The notes beneath the pieces were generated by a model. It saw only the letters and a program-made list of their open reading frames with translations. It did no database searches and was not told where the DNA came from. This document shows, piece by piece, positions 42,742 to 57,877 of a stretch of DNA of 64,000 bases. Origin of the DNA: Eledone cirrhosa (taxonomy: Eukaryota); NCBI GenBank assembly GCA_964016885.1, contig OZ024740.1, forward strand, positions 344,658,001 to 344,722,000, given 5' to 3'. How positions within the stretch are numbered: the first letter of the stretch is position 1; each line of letters starts with the position of its first letter. Made by a program: the position numbers and the translations under genes.

Positions 42742-43948
42742 CTTACTTTCTTGTTATTAGACAGAAAATCCTGATTTTAGTTACCAATAATAAAAGAAGC
42801 ATCAAGTGTGCGAACGTCCATTCACGTAAGTGTCATCTAGAACTATTCTGTTCAATGTGTCCTGGTGTGATTTAAAATGACAAAGTGTTATTTGAGGGAG
42901 ATTTTTTAAATACTTCTTTCATTTTGTGGGATCATGAATTCTTGGGTAATATTGACACAGTTATTTATTGGAAATGTAAGGAAGAAATATTAGTTTCGCA
43001 CCAGCGAAATGGTATAAGGCTTCAATAGATTTTCAAAAACATTAAACTATAAATGTTTAATATTTTTGTCACTTAAATAGTATGTCAATCATCTATATTT
43101 AATAATGATCAGAGTGAGGTTAATTTTGCTGCCACGCTACGGAGTTAAGGTGGAAGTAGAAAGCTATGAAACGACAAATAGTCAGTGAATTATACCAGAC
43201 GTAAAATGTTAGTGAATGGAATAATGGTGTGTTTTTCACACTGTTCTAATTGGCACACATGTATAAGGCAATAAATATAAGATAGGGTTGGGTGTAAACG
43301 GTGAGATGTCTGTTGTTTTAAGGAATAGGAGCGACTATAATATATTGAAATTAAACCTTAAATCTTTGTGTAAACTCTGGATTTACCATACTTGTTTACA
43401 TAAAAGAAGTTCCGTATATAAGATTTGCATACAATTATAATGCTAATTGTATGCAAATCTTTCAATTGACTACTAGGTGGATAATCCGTGGATATATATA
43501 TGAAATACCGAATCAGAAACGGTGAAATACATCGGCTGATTAGCATCGCACAAGTGCGGCCATTTGTTCGCATTACTCTTATTATTCAATATAACCTATT
43601 TTTACATTTATATATGTGTTATGTTAGAGCGAGAATTCAAATTTAATTTTGCATTTACTTTTCGGCTAGGCCAACCATAAAATCTCTCGGTATTCAAATG
43701 AGGCTACTCAGCCGATGCATACGTTAACAAATACTATATATTTTCAACAGTTCAATCGTGTTGTGGAGAGGTATACAGTCCTCATGAAGGGAAAGGGCCC
43801 AGAATATGTTGATTTTTCTTCGATGCTTCGATTTTACTGTTGAGCAAACGGATGATGATAGTCATCAAATAGAAAGCATAGCATAAGTGAAGCCGTTTGC
43901 TCGCAAACGAATCAATTATTATTATTATTATTCGATATTATTCGATAA

Positions 43949-44140
43949 GGGCGGTGGATTGGCAGTATCGGTAGAGGGTCGGACGCCATGCTTTCCAGCA
44001 TAGTTACGTCCCTTTACGATCTGAGTTCAAATCCCGCCGAGGTTGACTTTGCCTTTCATCCTTACGGAGTCGATAAAATAAAGTACCAGTAATGCACTGG
44101 GTAATTGCTGGCCTTGTGCCTAAAGTAGAAACAATTATTA
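43949..44140 (+). mobile_element. tRNA SINE with target-site duplication
   Basis: Full head, core and tail. ttattcgata at 43938-43947 and 44141-44150. Confidence 0.93.
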
Positions 44141-45359
44141 TTATTCGATATTTACGCACGCACACGTATTTCTTCCTTTTAGTTTCTCGTCTTCAACACT
44201 GTTGCTCCCGATCCATTAGAAACTTTTCATAGATGACGGAAGTAACATTTCACATCAGTATGTTGAACTTTACCTAATGAATTATGTGTAACGTTACATT
44301 TCATACTTTCTTTATATATAAGAAGTTGAGAGTCGACGATCGCATAAAACCTCCCACACTAATATAACTCTGTAACGCCCAGATTTACACACGTTCACTC
44401 TCTCTATATATTTTATATTTATCTATCTCTAATTCATACCTAAACACTTTGTGTCATACCATACTAAATAACGTGTATGTAAACAATTTATATTTTCTTT
44501 TCTTGCTATTTTTTATTTTTCTGTTTTTTATTGTTGTTTTGTTCTTAAGGTAAACTCGTACCAGTACTTAATATAAACATTTAAAATCCTTTTGATATGC
44601 ATTTATACACACCTATTTTATATTTTTTCTAATCGCTGGCACCACTTCGAAGATTACTGAGATTGCCTCTAATGTTGGCCTTAATAATGATCCGTGACAT
44701 CGGCACTGACATTTAGCAAAATGTTGGGTCATGGAGTATACTTTGATAAGTGTAATATGTTAGCAGCAGAATTTGGAGTATTTTTAAAGAAGCTATAATA
44801 CCATAATGACTTCTGTTATGATACGACATAAACAAAAATTTCATTTACACTTATATAAATTAATCCCGTAGTCGTATATTGCTTTTGTATACAACAACTG
44901 GCCGAGAAAATAAGATATATTTTGAGTACAATATTTTGAATTATGTTTTACATCAACTAGAGTGTATGAGTGGAATATTTCTAGCCATATTTAGATTAAG
45001 ATAACGTAAAGCTAAACATATTCCTGGAGAAAATCCACCAAGAAATTGCGGATAAACCGTCAACACCCGTGTATAACTCTGGAAATGGAGTGGCATTTTA
45101 TTAACCTCGAAATAAAGGATAGATAAAAAAAGAAAAAAAAAATGGAGCCATGATGCCCAAACTATGACTGGGGTATGAAGCATGTTGTGAAAGCCATCAT
45201 CTTGTAGTGCTATTAAGTTGGACATAATCTGCGGCAGTACAGGCAGAGGCCTCTCAAAGTTATCCAGGATATCTATATCTATCTATCTATCTATCTATCT
45301 CTCTATATCTATCTATCTATCAATATTTATCTATCTCTCTCTATATATATATATATATT

Positions 45360-45541
45360 TAGGAAAATGTTTAACCCCGACGGCAGAGTTCAAGCCGTTT
45401 CGACGTCCAGAAATAGCTGTCGAAACGGCTTGAGCTCTGCCGTCGGGGTTAAACATTTTCCTATTACCCACCCTACTACCCTAAGTATTGAGTACTCTGG
45501 TGCTTTATGGTCCATCTAGTTCCTTACCACACCTCCTTCGT
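45360..45541 (+). mobile_element. Fold-back family A, copy 3
   Basis: 45-bp arms 45360-45404 / 45419-45463 (one mismatch) and tail 45464-45541. Confidence 0.92.
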
Positions 45542-45784
45542 TATATATATATATATATATGAAAATAGGGGGGAAAAGACGATTATTAGGAAGAAAAATA
45601 TATTTTTTATTTTTATTTTTATCTCTTTTTTCTAGGTTAGAAATTGTTTAAAACAAAATATTTTACTTTGTGTGAAGTGTTAAGGTATTAGTTAATTTAT
45701 TTATTAATTAATAATAGCATTTATTTATTTATTCATTTATTTATATATTTAATAATTGTCTATTGACTATATTTATATATATAT

Positions 45785-45895
45785 ATAGGAACGAGTAGGG
45801 GGTCCTACTCGTTCCTATTACCCACTCTACTACCCTAAGTATTGAGTACTTTGGTGCGTTATTGTCCACCTAGTTCCTTACCACATTTCCTTCGT
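45785..45895 (+). mobile_element. Fold-back family A, copy 4 (15-bp arms)
   Basis: ataggaacgagtagg-gggt-cctactcgttcctat followed by the family A tail. Confidence 0.88.
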
Positions 45896-45927
<32 letters not shown>

Positions 45928-46099
45928 CATACATGATGGCTGCCCCCTCGTTATCGAGTATGGTCATTGCGCGATATACCATTATTAATAATATATACTT
46001 ACATGCATAAATATATATATACATACTTAGATTTAAATATGGGTGTGTGTGTCTGTACATGTATATACTTTTGCGTGCATGTTTGTATGTTGTCCTTTT

Positions 46100-48900
46100 G
46101 CTTTTATTATTTTATATATGTATATAGCCCCAATGATTACCGGTTCAACTCTAAAGATATATTCAGGATAGTGAGACTGTAGATTCCTCATTGTTTCTGT
46201 ATAAATGTTCTATTTTTCTACTACTGCGCATGCATTCTTTTCTCTGTCCCACATAACCATGACTGGTAGGCTACATTGGCATTTTATTGGGGTACATTCC
46301 AGCAGTATACTTTCATAATATCTATGCGTATGCCGTCCACCTAACTTTAACTTTTATATATACTTTCAGGACTGTCGTTTCTACGGATTGTATTTTATAA
46401 TGTGTTTACTACTATATCATGTATCACAAGTAGATAGTATAGTGATTACAACTTAGCACAGCTGCTTATGTTGTGGGTGACATCTCGACTTTTATTTCAT
46501 ATGTAGTGTCATATCCAGATCTTTTCCCTGCGTCACTATCTTTTTCGTGCATCAGGTATTTTGTTGTTATTTCCTGTCCTTCGATTGCAAATGTGAGTGC
46601 CCATAGACCAATTGTTTGTGCCTATATTCGACTTTGTGTGTCGATATTACTCTCAATTATAAACATTCTGGCATCTTAGCCATGCATTAATTTTGCTGAT
46701 ACGCATACAGCTTTTAATCCATTGTTTCATTGAGGTATTGCTGTACAAATTCCCTGGGTGTGAGCCTTTGATTATTATAAAGTAAGTGGTTAACTTTGCC
46801 TTTCATCCTTATGGGGTCGATGAAATAAAGTACCAGTAATGTACTGGGATAATTGCTCGCCTTGTGCGAAAAGTAGAAACAATTATAAAGTGAGTGATTT
46901 TCAAGGAGCTCCATTTCAGCTCATTTGGTATTATCGCCACATATATGCAGAGTATTTATTTAAATTGGTGTCTACGCTTGATGGTTCGTAGATGTTGTAA
47001 GGGTGAGATAATTTGACACTCAAATGCTGTTTCGATTGATATTATGCCTCTGCACCCATGTTTCGGTTCCCAACGGAGGGTTCTGTTTGTATTTTGTCAT
47101 TTCATAACAATTAACGTGTCGATATTGTGTTCGTAATTCCAAGAAAAATGCAATTTATAATTTCATGTAGAGGCAGTCTATGTCACTGTTGGTGCCGAGA
47201 TGTCCGGTGCCGATTAGAACTTTTCTGATTTTAACATCAATGGCTCGGGTCCCATGTAGCGTCCAATCAAGTGGTCCGGATGTTGGTATCAGCACAAGGA
47301 AAGATATTATGCGATACTGATTTAGTGTGCGCAGAGAGTTGAACACCATTTAGTTTTATTCGGGTGTTATAATACCCGGATACTCGATTTTTGTTACACA
47401 TTTCCATTATAATAAGCATTTTCCTCTATCCTTAATTATCTGTAGCCGTCCTCGTCAGATTTACAATTATATATGAATAATTATCATTTGCAGATATACA
47501 TTGCTATATCTCTTGAAAACGTCGTAACACGGTCAAGTTTTTTGTCATGGCATTTATGTCCTTGGCATACATTTTCAGGTCATCCAAAGAAGGTAATTGT
47601 TAGGTTAGTGTTTCTGGCCTCCTATGAACCAATTACGTATTCTTCATCTTTCCTCAGCACGAAGGACACGGGGCTTACTGACAGAATGACTAGCATACCA
47701 GAGCGATAGTCTCCCTTGAAATATCACAAAGCGATATTCTATTTTTTTTTTCAGTGAAAATATAGACTTTCTTCTCTAAATTCGGGATAGTGACCCAATA
47801 GGAAAATAGGGTATCTATGGAGCTGATTACGGTATGTGGGACTTGCGTGAGTCGAAAAGCCCTTAGACTTCAGGAGTTGGGATCATAATCAGATTTTTTC
47901 TTATAGTCCAGCCAGACTGGAACTAAGTTCCTCCTATGTCAACGCGCCTCGGATATCGCGGTTTTGCTAATTAGGAGATGCTCAGCAGACCCCAAACACT
48001 TTTCTTCTCAGCTAATTGCTCATCTGTGATGATATTGTTATTTTTACAGTGATTTGGGAGGTATGTTTAGACAGGCTGTATACAGTTTATACATTAGTGT
48101 TTGTCACGAAATTGGCCGGGTCTTTTTCACAAGAAATTTTCTTTGTTTTTTGGGGGGGGGGGTGAGGGTGGATGGGGGATTCTGTTTCTGCAAATGTCAA
48201 ACAGCTTGGTGTATGTAAATATCTCCCCTGTGTGATTGGTGGTAGAAGTTAATAAGATACATTCGATAGAATGCCAGTTTTTTGTACCAGTAGCCTACAA
48301 TCAAATTTATTCTTGGTGCTTTCTTGTGACGTTTTCCTTTTCCTTTCACAGTTTCAAGGGCATCATCATTGATGCCGTATATTTTTGATTTAATGCAAGA
48401 GCATTTCAATACATTTCAATTCATTCCAACAACAATGTATCTTGATTGAACTGTTTTCCTCCCATATTATGGCCAGAAGGAATTTATGACTTTCTTGGAT
48501 ATGGTAACAGTGACATATTGATTTTCGCTTCCTATATGTATTGACTGATGTTTGTTTCGGCTGAATCTTTTATTAATCATTTTTTAAGCCACTCTCTTCT
48601 GATATCGGTGATTTTCGCAGACATCGGGCCATCGAAGAGTTCTGTTTGTACTATCGCCAAACATCAATTCTATATTATTTACCAATCTTTGTTGGTGAGG
48701 AGTGGAGTGTTTTTGTTTTTTATTATTGTTTTTTTTGTTGTTATTATGGAATAAATATTGTCACATGACCGATAATATTTCGTTGTTCAGCGATCAATTC
48801 TTTTCTAATTTTGAAATATACGATGGCATTTTTGCGTTATTTTGTTTCTGTTAACATCTCTATTATAACCAAGATAGTGTCTTGCAGTGGTTGCTAAGGA
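46100..48900 (-). mobile_element. Decayed R4/Dong-type LINE (RT plus RLE), interrupted by a SINE fragment at ~46788-46888
   Basis: KAPRINLIVGYWYKKL, LMYKLYTACL..NNIITDEQ, VWLDYKK, IFQGD, LDDLKMYA, IDVKIRKVL..NSDIDCLY, QEITTKYL and WDREK. Confidence 0.85.
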
Positions 48901-49811
48901 ATATAGAGAGACATTAATTTGCAAAAATGTACAGGTTTTAATGTACAGTAAATATTCACCTCAAATATTGCAGAATTTGTTATGCGGTGTCTTGTGTAAT
49001 AGTGTCGATTTATGTCTTTTCTCGAGAGAATGTTTCATACATAAATTAATCGCTGTTTGGAAACTTTCACTAAGCATACATTTTGACTGTTCATTCTCTT
49101 CAATTTCTCAGTTAATTGTAGACTTGTTATTTTGAAATTAAACATTAACGTCTCTGCAAGATATAACATTCGAAATATAATAAGTTGTGACACGTTATAT
49201 CACATGTGTTGCCAAGATGGCTGTTCGCATGTGTATGTATTGTTGTTAGTTGAAGTTGTTGATCACACTGGCTAAAAAAAGTAAAAAAAAAACGTAGTAC
49301 CATGTCAGCGTGTTTTGACACGTGTTGTTTGCTTCTCTAATCTAGGAATATGCTCACTTAGTGTTGTTATTTGTAGATTTCCGCACTTTCATATTCGTTT
49401 TGAATAATATAGCATGTTGGCGTAATTGTTTGGCTGAAAAATAATTTGGTACTGGATGAAGTTCGTCCAACTGTAGATTCAAATTGTCCATATAAGCAAC
49501 AGAGTTTTTTTTAATTTTGTCACGTTATAATAGTTATACGGGTCGTTCGAGACCCCTAGACAAATGCAATTTATAATTTCGGTTCCTACGGTTCTTACAA
49601 CTTTTCACGTTGTTGCTTTTCGTTGATTCTTTACTATTGATGTTTATGTCTATGTTGCCGTGCCTAGCTGCGTTGTTTGTAGTAAATCCTTGTAAGGTAA
49701 ATTTAATTTTTAGAAGGGTAAATCTGCGATTTCGAATAAAAGGTGTCTTTAGTGAATATCATCAGAAGAATATCGAGAAGCATTATCCATTTGAGTAATT
49801 GTGTCATTCAT

Positions 49812-49904
<93 letters not shown>

Positions 49905-50147
49905 GTTTTCTCTCTCTCTCTCCTTCTCTGTCCGTGGCAATTACTAATAGACTACGTTTTCTGCGTGACTTCCTCATTTTGGAACTTCAATGTTTTGAAA
50001 CTCCAATGTCGTACACTTAATTTTATTTGTATTCTGTACACAGCTTGTAATTTCCCGTACGTTCTGTTCTAGGTCGTATTTTAAAACACTCCAGGACAAA
50101 ATTCTATATGAAATGTTGGCATTTCATATAAACACACACACACACAG

Positions 50148-50211
<64 letters not shown>

Positions 50212-50342
50212 CACATTCAACTTGTCCTGAGCTGGCGTAAACGAACGGACGAAACTTAAGTACTTGTAAATGTCACTATTGTAGCTAATTATACACAACA
50301 CGTGTGGGTTAAGCGCTTGGATATTTATACCAGATTTGTACT

Positions 50343-50437
<95 letters not shown>

Positions 50438-50439
<2 letters not shown>

Positions 50440-50630
50440 TAGATTTTAAGCAAAGAATCGCTGCTTTAGCCCTATTTCTTCTGAAAGATGGTGAAAGCAG
50501 CGATTCTTTGCTTAAACTTTAATCTGTAGTAATAATAAATATGCTCCATGGATTTATGTATCCCTTTTTTATATATACAATACTTATCGAGCTCTATTCC
50601 GATCTTGGTCTTCGTAATGATTATTACTAT
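50438..50630 (+). mobile_element. Family F, copy 3 (23-bp fold-back)
   Basis: tttaagcaaagaatcgctgcttt 50445-50467 / 50494-50516, with an F-like tail. Confidence 0.8.
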
Positions 50631-50881
50631 ACATATATACATATATGCATATTTGTATATATATATATATATATGTATGTATGTAAGTATGTATGTACCT
50701 ATGTGTATATTGTATGTCTGTATGTATGCACGCATGCACGTATGTGTGTGAGTGCGTGTGCGTAATTTAAAGAGTTTGAAATTCATATGATCGCCCGACT
50801 GAATTCTCCCTGTAGATAACTACGGAGCACCCTTCAGTGTAAATATGGATTCATGAACATATATATATATATATATATATA

Positions 50882-50986
<105 letters not shown>

Positions 50987-51842
50987 GTCTGTATATGATC
51001 TATATATGCGTGTGCTCACGCCACCGAATGTGTGTAAAGAATAATTTGTTTTCATATTCAGCAACATGATTTATTGATGATTAATATCTGTGACGATTAT
51101 GGCTGTTTTACCATGATCGAATATAAATCGATATTCTGTTGCAACCTTTAGCTCTATAAAGGAACAGATATTTATGCAGTGTTGCTAAATGTGTGAATCA
51201 TAATGATGAGTGAACGGTTTATTCTCCGAAAGAGCTTGAGGGGAAATTATAACGAGATAGAAAGAAGGACGCTGTAGGGATTGTTGTGTCGATGTTGTAT
51301 TTCCCAGGTTGTACGAGAAAAAGTCACTGTTGCTGAAAGATAAGATTCTTATACAATCAGTGCTATTTAAGAGGATACATTCATTGTACTTGAATACGTC
51401 GTTCGGTACCGACAACAGAAATAAATGACTCTGACATGGATTATTTGGATGGGCATAATAGGAATACGAGGTCGATCAGTGTGTCATCGATAAAATAATG
51501 TTGACCCGTAATTTGCGAATAGAAAAAAAATATGTATATATATATTCAAGAAGGGACTATTTTCTGCTCAGAAAAATAAACTTTGCATTGTTATTTTGTT
51601 TCCTATGCACAAGCAAGCTCTTTATATTAAGCTTTCCGTCTCTGTTATATTCATTTATCATATTACATAAAAACAACAACCTTATCTTTAGGAAAGCATG
51701 AATAGCACATTTGACCAATTTCTGCTCAAGAATTAGGCATTTGTCCGTAATCTAAAGAAAGGGGACACACACTCACTATATATATAGGTCTGTGTGTGTC
51801 TCTCTCTCCCTCTCTAATTCTCTCTCTCTCTCTCTCTCTTTA

Positions 51843-51903
<61 letters not shown>

Positions 51904-52218
51904 CTGATACCATTGCTCTATAACTTACGTAAGAGTGAGTATTAACAGAGAAATAATCCCACCGCTAAAATAGATACTCACCTTCTTTTTTTCTGTTGAG
52001 TACTATTTAATCTGCTTTGTAAATTGAAACTTATAGACAAAGACATGCACGACCACAAACACACCCAACTATACATACATGTACGTTACGATTCGTGTTC
52101 TCTTTTTTTAAGCGTTAAACCAGTGTGTTTCTTCATTGTACTGTTTCGTTTGCTTTATTTCTGTTTGCTTTCTTTTACTCATCATATACACAGACAGACA
52201 GACTCTCTCTCACACACA

Positions 52219-52281
<63 letters not shown>

Positions 52282-52282
52282 A

Positions 52283-52373
<91 letters not shown>

Positions 52374-52589
52374 ACTCGCACATATATAGATATGTATTTA
52401 TATAAGTGTGTTTGTGACTTAAGGCAAGATTAAAGTGAGATATTTTTTATGAAATTTGGCCCTTAGTACCAAGGTTAATGAAATACTGGTTTTTCGAACT
52501 GTGTACAATATTTGAAAATATTATTATGATTTTATGAAATACAAACAGCCTGCTCATAAAACAAATCTGCACGAAGCTGAGCATTCCAC

Positions 52590-52800
52590 AGCCACGTGTT
52601 ACCATAGTATATTTCTCAGGCAGAGGCAGCGTGGCAAGATGTGTAATAAATTTGATTTACCTCTACAAGCCATTTTCACCAGTAGTGTGGGCTGAAGCAT
52701 CGTGAATGTAATTTTTTTACCCAATAATACAACGTGCCACTAGAAATCCCGATCTTACACAGATTCATTGTACAATCTAAGGGTCAAAATTAGCTGAAAC
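52590..52800 (-). mobile_element. Old CORE-like SINE
   Basis: Minus strand ttgggtaaaaaaattacattcacgatgcttcag resembles 16660-16695. Confidence 0.45.
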
Positions 52801-53639
52801 TTTATACGAAGGTCAACGATGTAAGGAAGCTAAAATCAAAAGATTGTGGACCTTTGGTTGATTAAAAGTTGAATGCTCATCTGGCTTATTATATGTATGA
52901 TATACGATCTAGAATCTCAGTAAAGAAACGATATATATGTAGATAAATATACTCGTCAAAGAAGAGTGTGGGACACAAAAAAGATAATGTGAAACAATAA
53001 TAGAGAAAAACAAAAATGATAGAGGGAGGATTAGTGAGAAAGAGAAATCGAAAAAGAAAGAACATTCCAAACAATAGAAGATATCCCAAGGACAAAAGAA
53101 TACACTTTCCAAAGATAGAAAATATATATTAAAATAGCAAACATTGTATTTGAAAAGATCCACTAATTTTGCGAAGACGAACAGAAACATGAATATCACA
53201 AGGGGAAATAACATAATATACGCAACAGTAACTATTGTTACAAAAGAAAGTGTGTATCGCCCTACATCCTATCCAAAAATGAATAACCACACCCACACAA
53301 ACATGAAAATCAAAGATAGCAAAAGAAGAAAGAAAATACCGTTCGATCTTAAATGAAATAGAAACAAAACAGCACGACTGGGATAAGAGAAAAATATTGA
53401 TATTATATCAGAGAGAGAGAGGGGGAATTGAACTAATGAATACCCAACACAATATATCCTTCCAACGGTACAACGACCTCGCAGATATTAAGAACACCAA
53501 CGGTTATTGAAACAAATCAGCAATTTTATTCTAACCCAAATCAAGTATACCAGGAATTAAGTAGAAGCAAAACAGAAGGATATGTAACCCCAAAAGTAAA
53601 AAAAATGAATATTTCTGGAGGGGATTGTGTGGTGTAGGT

Positions 53640-54300
53640 GAATCATTCAGCAGAGGACTGAAGGATTTCTAGTTGCAGCGCAATATCAAATCTTCTTCCC
53701 CAGATACCACCAAAAGTACATAAGGAAGCAGCACGCAGCAAGTAACTGCAGAATATGTGGAAGTAAGGAAGAAACAGTTAATCACATTTTCTCTGGATGC
53801 CAAGACATAGTAAAAAAAAAGAAAAAATCCGCAGGCATAATAAAGTTTAGATATACGTTCACTGTAAGATATGCCAACACTGCGAAATTTCAAAAAGGAA
53901 AAAAAAGTGGTAAAGCCATACACCAGAAAATATCTCAGACAATGAAAAAGAAACCGTACTTTTGAACATGCCAATACATGCTAGCCAGATACTCTAGTCA
54001 AATACCACAAACATATCACTTATAAATGATGCACCAAACTCCACGGACAACGATATATATATCAATGAAAAAAAAAAGTAATATCCAAATAAAAAATCTG
54101 GGGATAGAGATAACCAGAATGTGGTTGATGAAACCAGAAGCAATAACTATAATAATATTTGGTCTGGGTATGACTAAAACACACAGAGGTATATAAGCCC
54201 CCCCCCCCCCTCCACCACCACCACCAAAAAAAAAAGGCATACTGAAAACAGCACTACGAGGCACTGCAGACATACTAAGACGAGTAATCTTAATACAATA
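53640..54300 (+). mobile_element. R4/Dong-type LINE 3' region (CCHC knuckle plus RLE)
   Basis: TEGFLVAAQ..CRICGSKEETVNHIFSGC..RRHNKV..IKNLGIEITRMW..ILKTALRGTADILRRV. Confidence 0.88.
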
Positions 54301-57199
54301 AAAACAATACAATAAAAACACCATGATAAAAGAAGAATGGACTGAATATATTAAAGTCAGTAAATGAGATAACATGCACATCGTTGATGGAAATACATAT
54401 ATCTCTTATATGGATGAGAGGAAACAAAAACAGTGATATGAAGCATTGTGTAAGAAAAGCCAAATAGAGAATGGGAGCAGAGTAAACAAAAAAGGAATGC
54501 AAATGCATTACACAACGTACGAGGGACATATATAGGGTCAAATAAGAAATTCCGATTAAAGGATTGCTCAGAAAGACAAGGCCAGTAATCTATTTACGTA
54601 TTTATTATTTTGGCGGGGGGTCGACAATTAATAATATTGAATACTTGAGTTGGGCTTATGTTATCGTCCATGGAGTGGATGAGAAGCAAAATTGCTCTCG
54701 GTGGAATTTGAGTTCAGAACGTAAAACACTGAAAATAAATAGCACAAAATCAAACCGGCAATACACACACACACATCGAAACGGATATTTGAGGGGTGGA
54801 GAAGACATGTCGAAATAATAAATAAGCATTAATAAGTTTATAGAGAGATTTATGAAGATGTATATAGTGCATTCAAAATAGAAAATTATATATGGAGCAG
54901 AGTAATATATTCGAATTTTTAGACAATGAATAAAGACGGGAAAATGTGGATATATTTAATTTAAAAAACATCAGAGAATGAGAGGTGAAACGATTTAAAT
55001 AGATAGGCATAGAGTATGAGAATGACAGATGAATTGAATGTGATATACAACAGGTTGAAATAAATGATGATCGTTAAGTTTTATACATCCAGGTGATGTA
55101 TCTCGCACATTACACCTGGAATTTATTTGATTTATTTAGCGATAATATTGGTTTAAATCATGCTGATTTCTTTCGTTTTAATAATAAATTTACGACGAAC
55201 AAAGACATGAATACGGAAATATTAAACTAATGCCAAAAGATCAAATACATATTTCTTGTTACTCAGCAAGTAAGCACTGAAGGTATTTAAGATGCTGGAT
55301 AATTTCGGATGTCGATCTAAAAGAGGAATGGGCGTTTCAGAAATAATCATTCTTTTCAGAACACATTTTTTTACTTTTCTCATAACGAAATACGCAGTTC
55401 GTCTTTTGACAACCAGTTTAATAGGAATCAACTTTCTTTTGTTTACATAAGGATTGTAGACAGATACCGCCTACCTGTTTACTCAACCAGTTCCATGTAG
55501 CAATTGCAATCAAATATCCAAAGCATACTGAGGATAGTGTATAATGGACTTCTGTCTAAAATATACTTAAATAAAGTGACATGTTCTGGAACGCCCCTAA
55601 TTCTAAATCAGATGGATCTTAGAAGATGGGAGGTGAAACAACAGAAAAATAATCCGATCTATTTAACAAAACAAAAAAATATTTTCAAAGCAGAAAGTAA
55701 ATGGAATTATTACATAAATGCTAAAAAGGAATGAAGAATTCTTGACCATATTTTACTAAAGGTTTGTATTATATTTAAATAAACATTATACAGACAGATA
55801 TATTTCTTTATTCTATGGAAGTCTTTCAGGCTCTACAATGTGATAGATCGGGTAAAGTTGTAAGATGACAGCTCAGAATGTTTATAATATAGGACTGGGG
55901 TTATAATTATATATAAATATATATATGATTATATGATTCAGCTATAAGAAAAACATTTGAAAAACATCCTGCCATTATATTCATCAATGGTCATTTATTG
56001 AAATGGATCCAGCAGGTGGACACTTTTACAACACCTTTCTTAAACACTCCTTAAATACCCCAACACCATCCCAATCAATTATCTTGCTGTTACCAATCAT
56101 TATTTTCTGTATGTATATATATATATTGCTTTAATTCCTTTAAATCTTCATCAATTCTCCTTCACTCCCACACTCATTAACCCCCCCCCCCCCCCCCCCA
56201 GACACACCCAAATCTCTCTTATATATAGTCACACATCGCAACAAAATCTGATCTCAGTTTGACAATCGTCACCGACGAATGCGAGAAGGTACTCCAGGAA
56301 AGTTAACCCGGGATCTTTTAAAATCTTCCCACCGAACTTAACAAAGAACTTACTAGATCTACCAACTCATAATATTATAAAATTAAATCAAATTGTTTAT
56401 AACTACAAGTGAAGTCATTCTTTTCCTTATATATATATATAATTAAAAGCAAACAGAGAAATGCAAAATCACTGAATCTTATTAGCCCACGCTTCACAAT
56501 GAAGTTAAATAAATATTTAAAATTATTGGACCTAGTCTTTCACCATGAAACAGCAACGGTCGAAGAGAGAGGAGGCTGGTATTTTGGGAAAAAAGATAAT
56601 GTTTGAGATGGGTGTGGCCGTGTTTTGTCTATTGTTGATGGAAGCCTGTGTGTTAGCATAAGCTTGTATGATGATCTGCATCCTGAAACACACACACACT
56701 CACATGCGTACATAAGAAATGAATCCATGTCAAAAACGTAAATCTACATTGAATCCCTTTCCCTCTCTATCTGTCTCTTTATATATATATATATATATGG
56801 TTATCCAGACCATGTACATCAATACTCATATTTTTCCATTTATCTGAGGGTTCTAAATCCCATTATCAGACTAAAATTTCTTTAGTAAAAAAATACGGTG
56901 AAAGCTATTCTATTTCTAATTTCAAATCTGCTCACTGTTTCAAAACATACTTACTTGTCATATATATATGAGAGAGGGAGTTGGGAGAGAGTTTAAACGT
57001 GGATTTAATTCTCTGATATAGATTCATTCTAGTGTTTCGAAATCCGGAGAGCGATTTTCAACTGATATTCATATCAATGAATCACTCTTATAAATTACTT
57101 AGCAATTCCAAGAAAATGGGATGAAGGACCTAGCTTCCTCACAAGATAAATATATGAATGTGTAGTATAGAGAAAAATATTATGCTGTTCTCAACAGGA

Positions 57200-57490
57200 T
57201 GAATTGAGAGTGCTCATTAAGCACATTGCTGTTCAACGCTAACGTGTTCGTCGGCTGCGTAGAAGTTTAAATCTCCCAGTATAATAGATCTTACCCTGAG
57301 TTATAGGTCCGTTACATCAACGACTATAGCGACGCCACTCCTGTGAACAGCTCGACTCCTTTATTTCGTTTGTCCAATCTTTCCACCAGGCCCTTAACTT
57401 CACTATCTCTTTATCCGACTGTCGCCCAGTTCATTGACATATCCCTCTACTTTAATTACTCTCACTACTACCTCAAATCATCCATAGCCT
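57200..57490 (+). pseudogene. PLE reverse transcriptase core fragment
   Basis: ANVFVGCVE..VRYIND..ISFVQSFHQALNFTISLSD..FIDISLY, matching RYIDD..FHP.LKFT..FLD. Confidence 0.65.
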
Positions 57491-57730
57491 ATGTATATAT
57501 GAATATGTATATATATATATATATTGTTATACTTTGGGAGGGTCATGTTGCCAATAAGAAACACACGCACCAGTAGCTTTCACTTCAATTTATTATATAT
57601 TTATAAATTTATAAATTTATAAATTTACAAATCTACAAACTTATAAGTTTCTGGTTGGTTGGTTGGTTCCACAACCAGATAGTTGTTTATATATAGTCAT
57701 AGATAAATGAACACAAACACACACAGACAC

Positions 57731-57786
57731 CCGGATGTGGTGCATGCGCAAACGGAGCACACAACACACACAGAAACAAAATGGCG
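57731..57786 (+). promoter_or_regulatory. ETS-like (CCGGATGT), NRF1-like (GCATGCGCA) and YY1-like (AAAATGGCG) motifs
   Basis: Clustered within 56 bp upstream of the HHR. The NRF1- and YY1-like motifs are shared with 3338-3420. Confidence 0.5.
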
Positions 57787-57832
57787 TAGGACAGAAGAAA
57801 GGAAAGGCACAGAAACAAAGAAAGGAATCCCC

Positions 57833-57877
57833 AGTCACTGATGAGGTCACAGAGTGTGTGACGAAAGGATTATGACT
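57833..57877 (+). ncRNA. Minimal hammerhead ribozyme
   Basis: agtca-CTGATGA-g-gtcaca-gagtg-tgtgac-GAAA-ggat-TA-tgact. Predicted cleavage after 57872. Confidence 0.85.
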
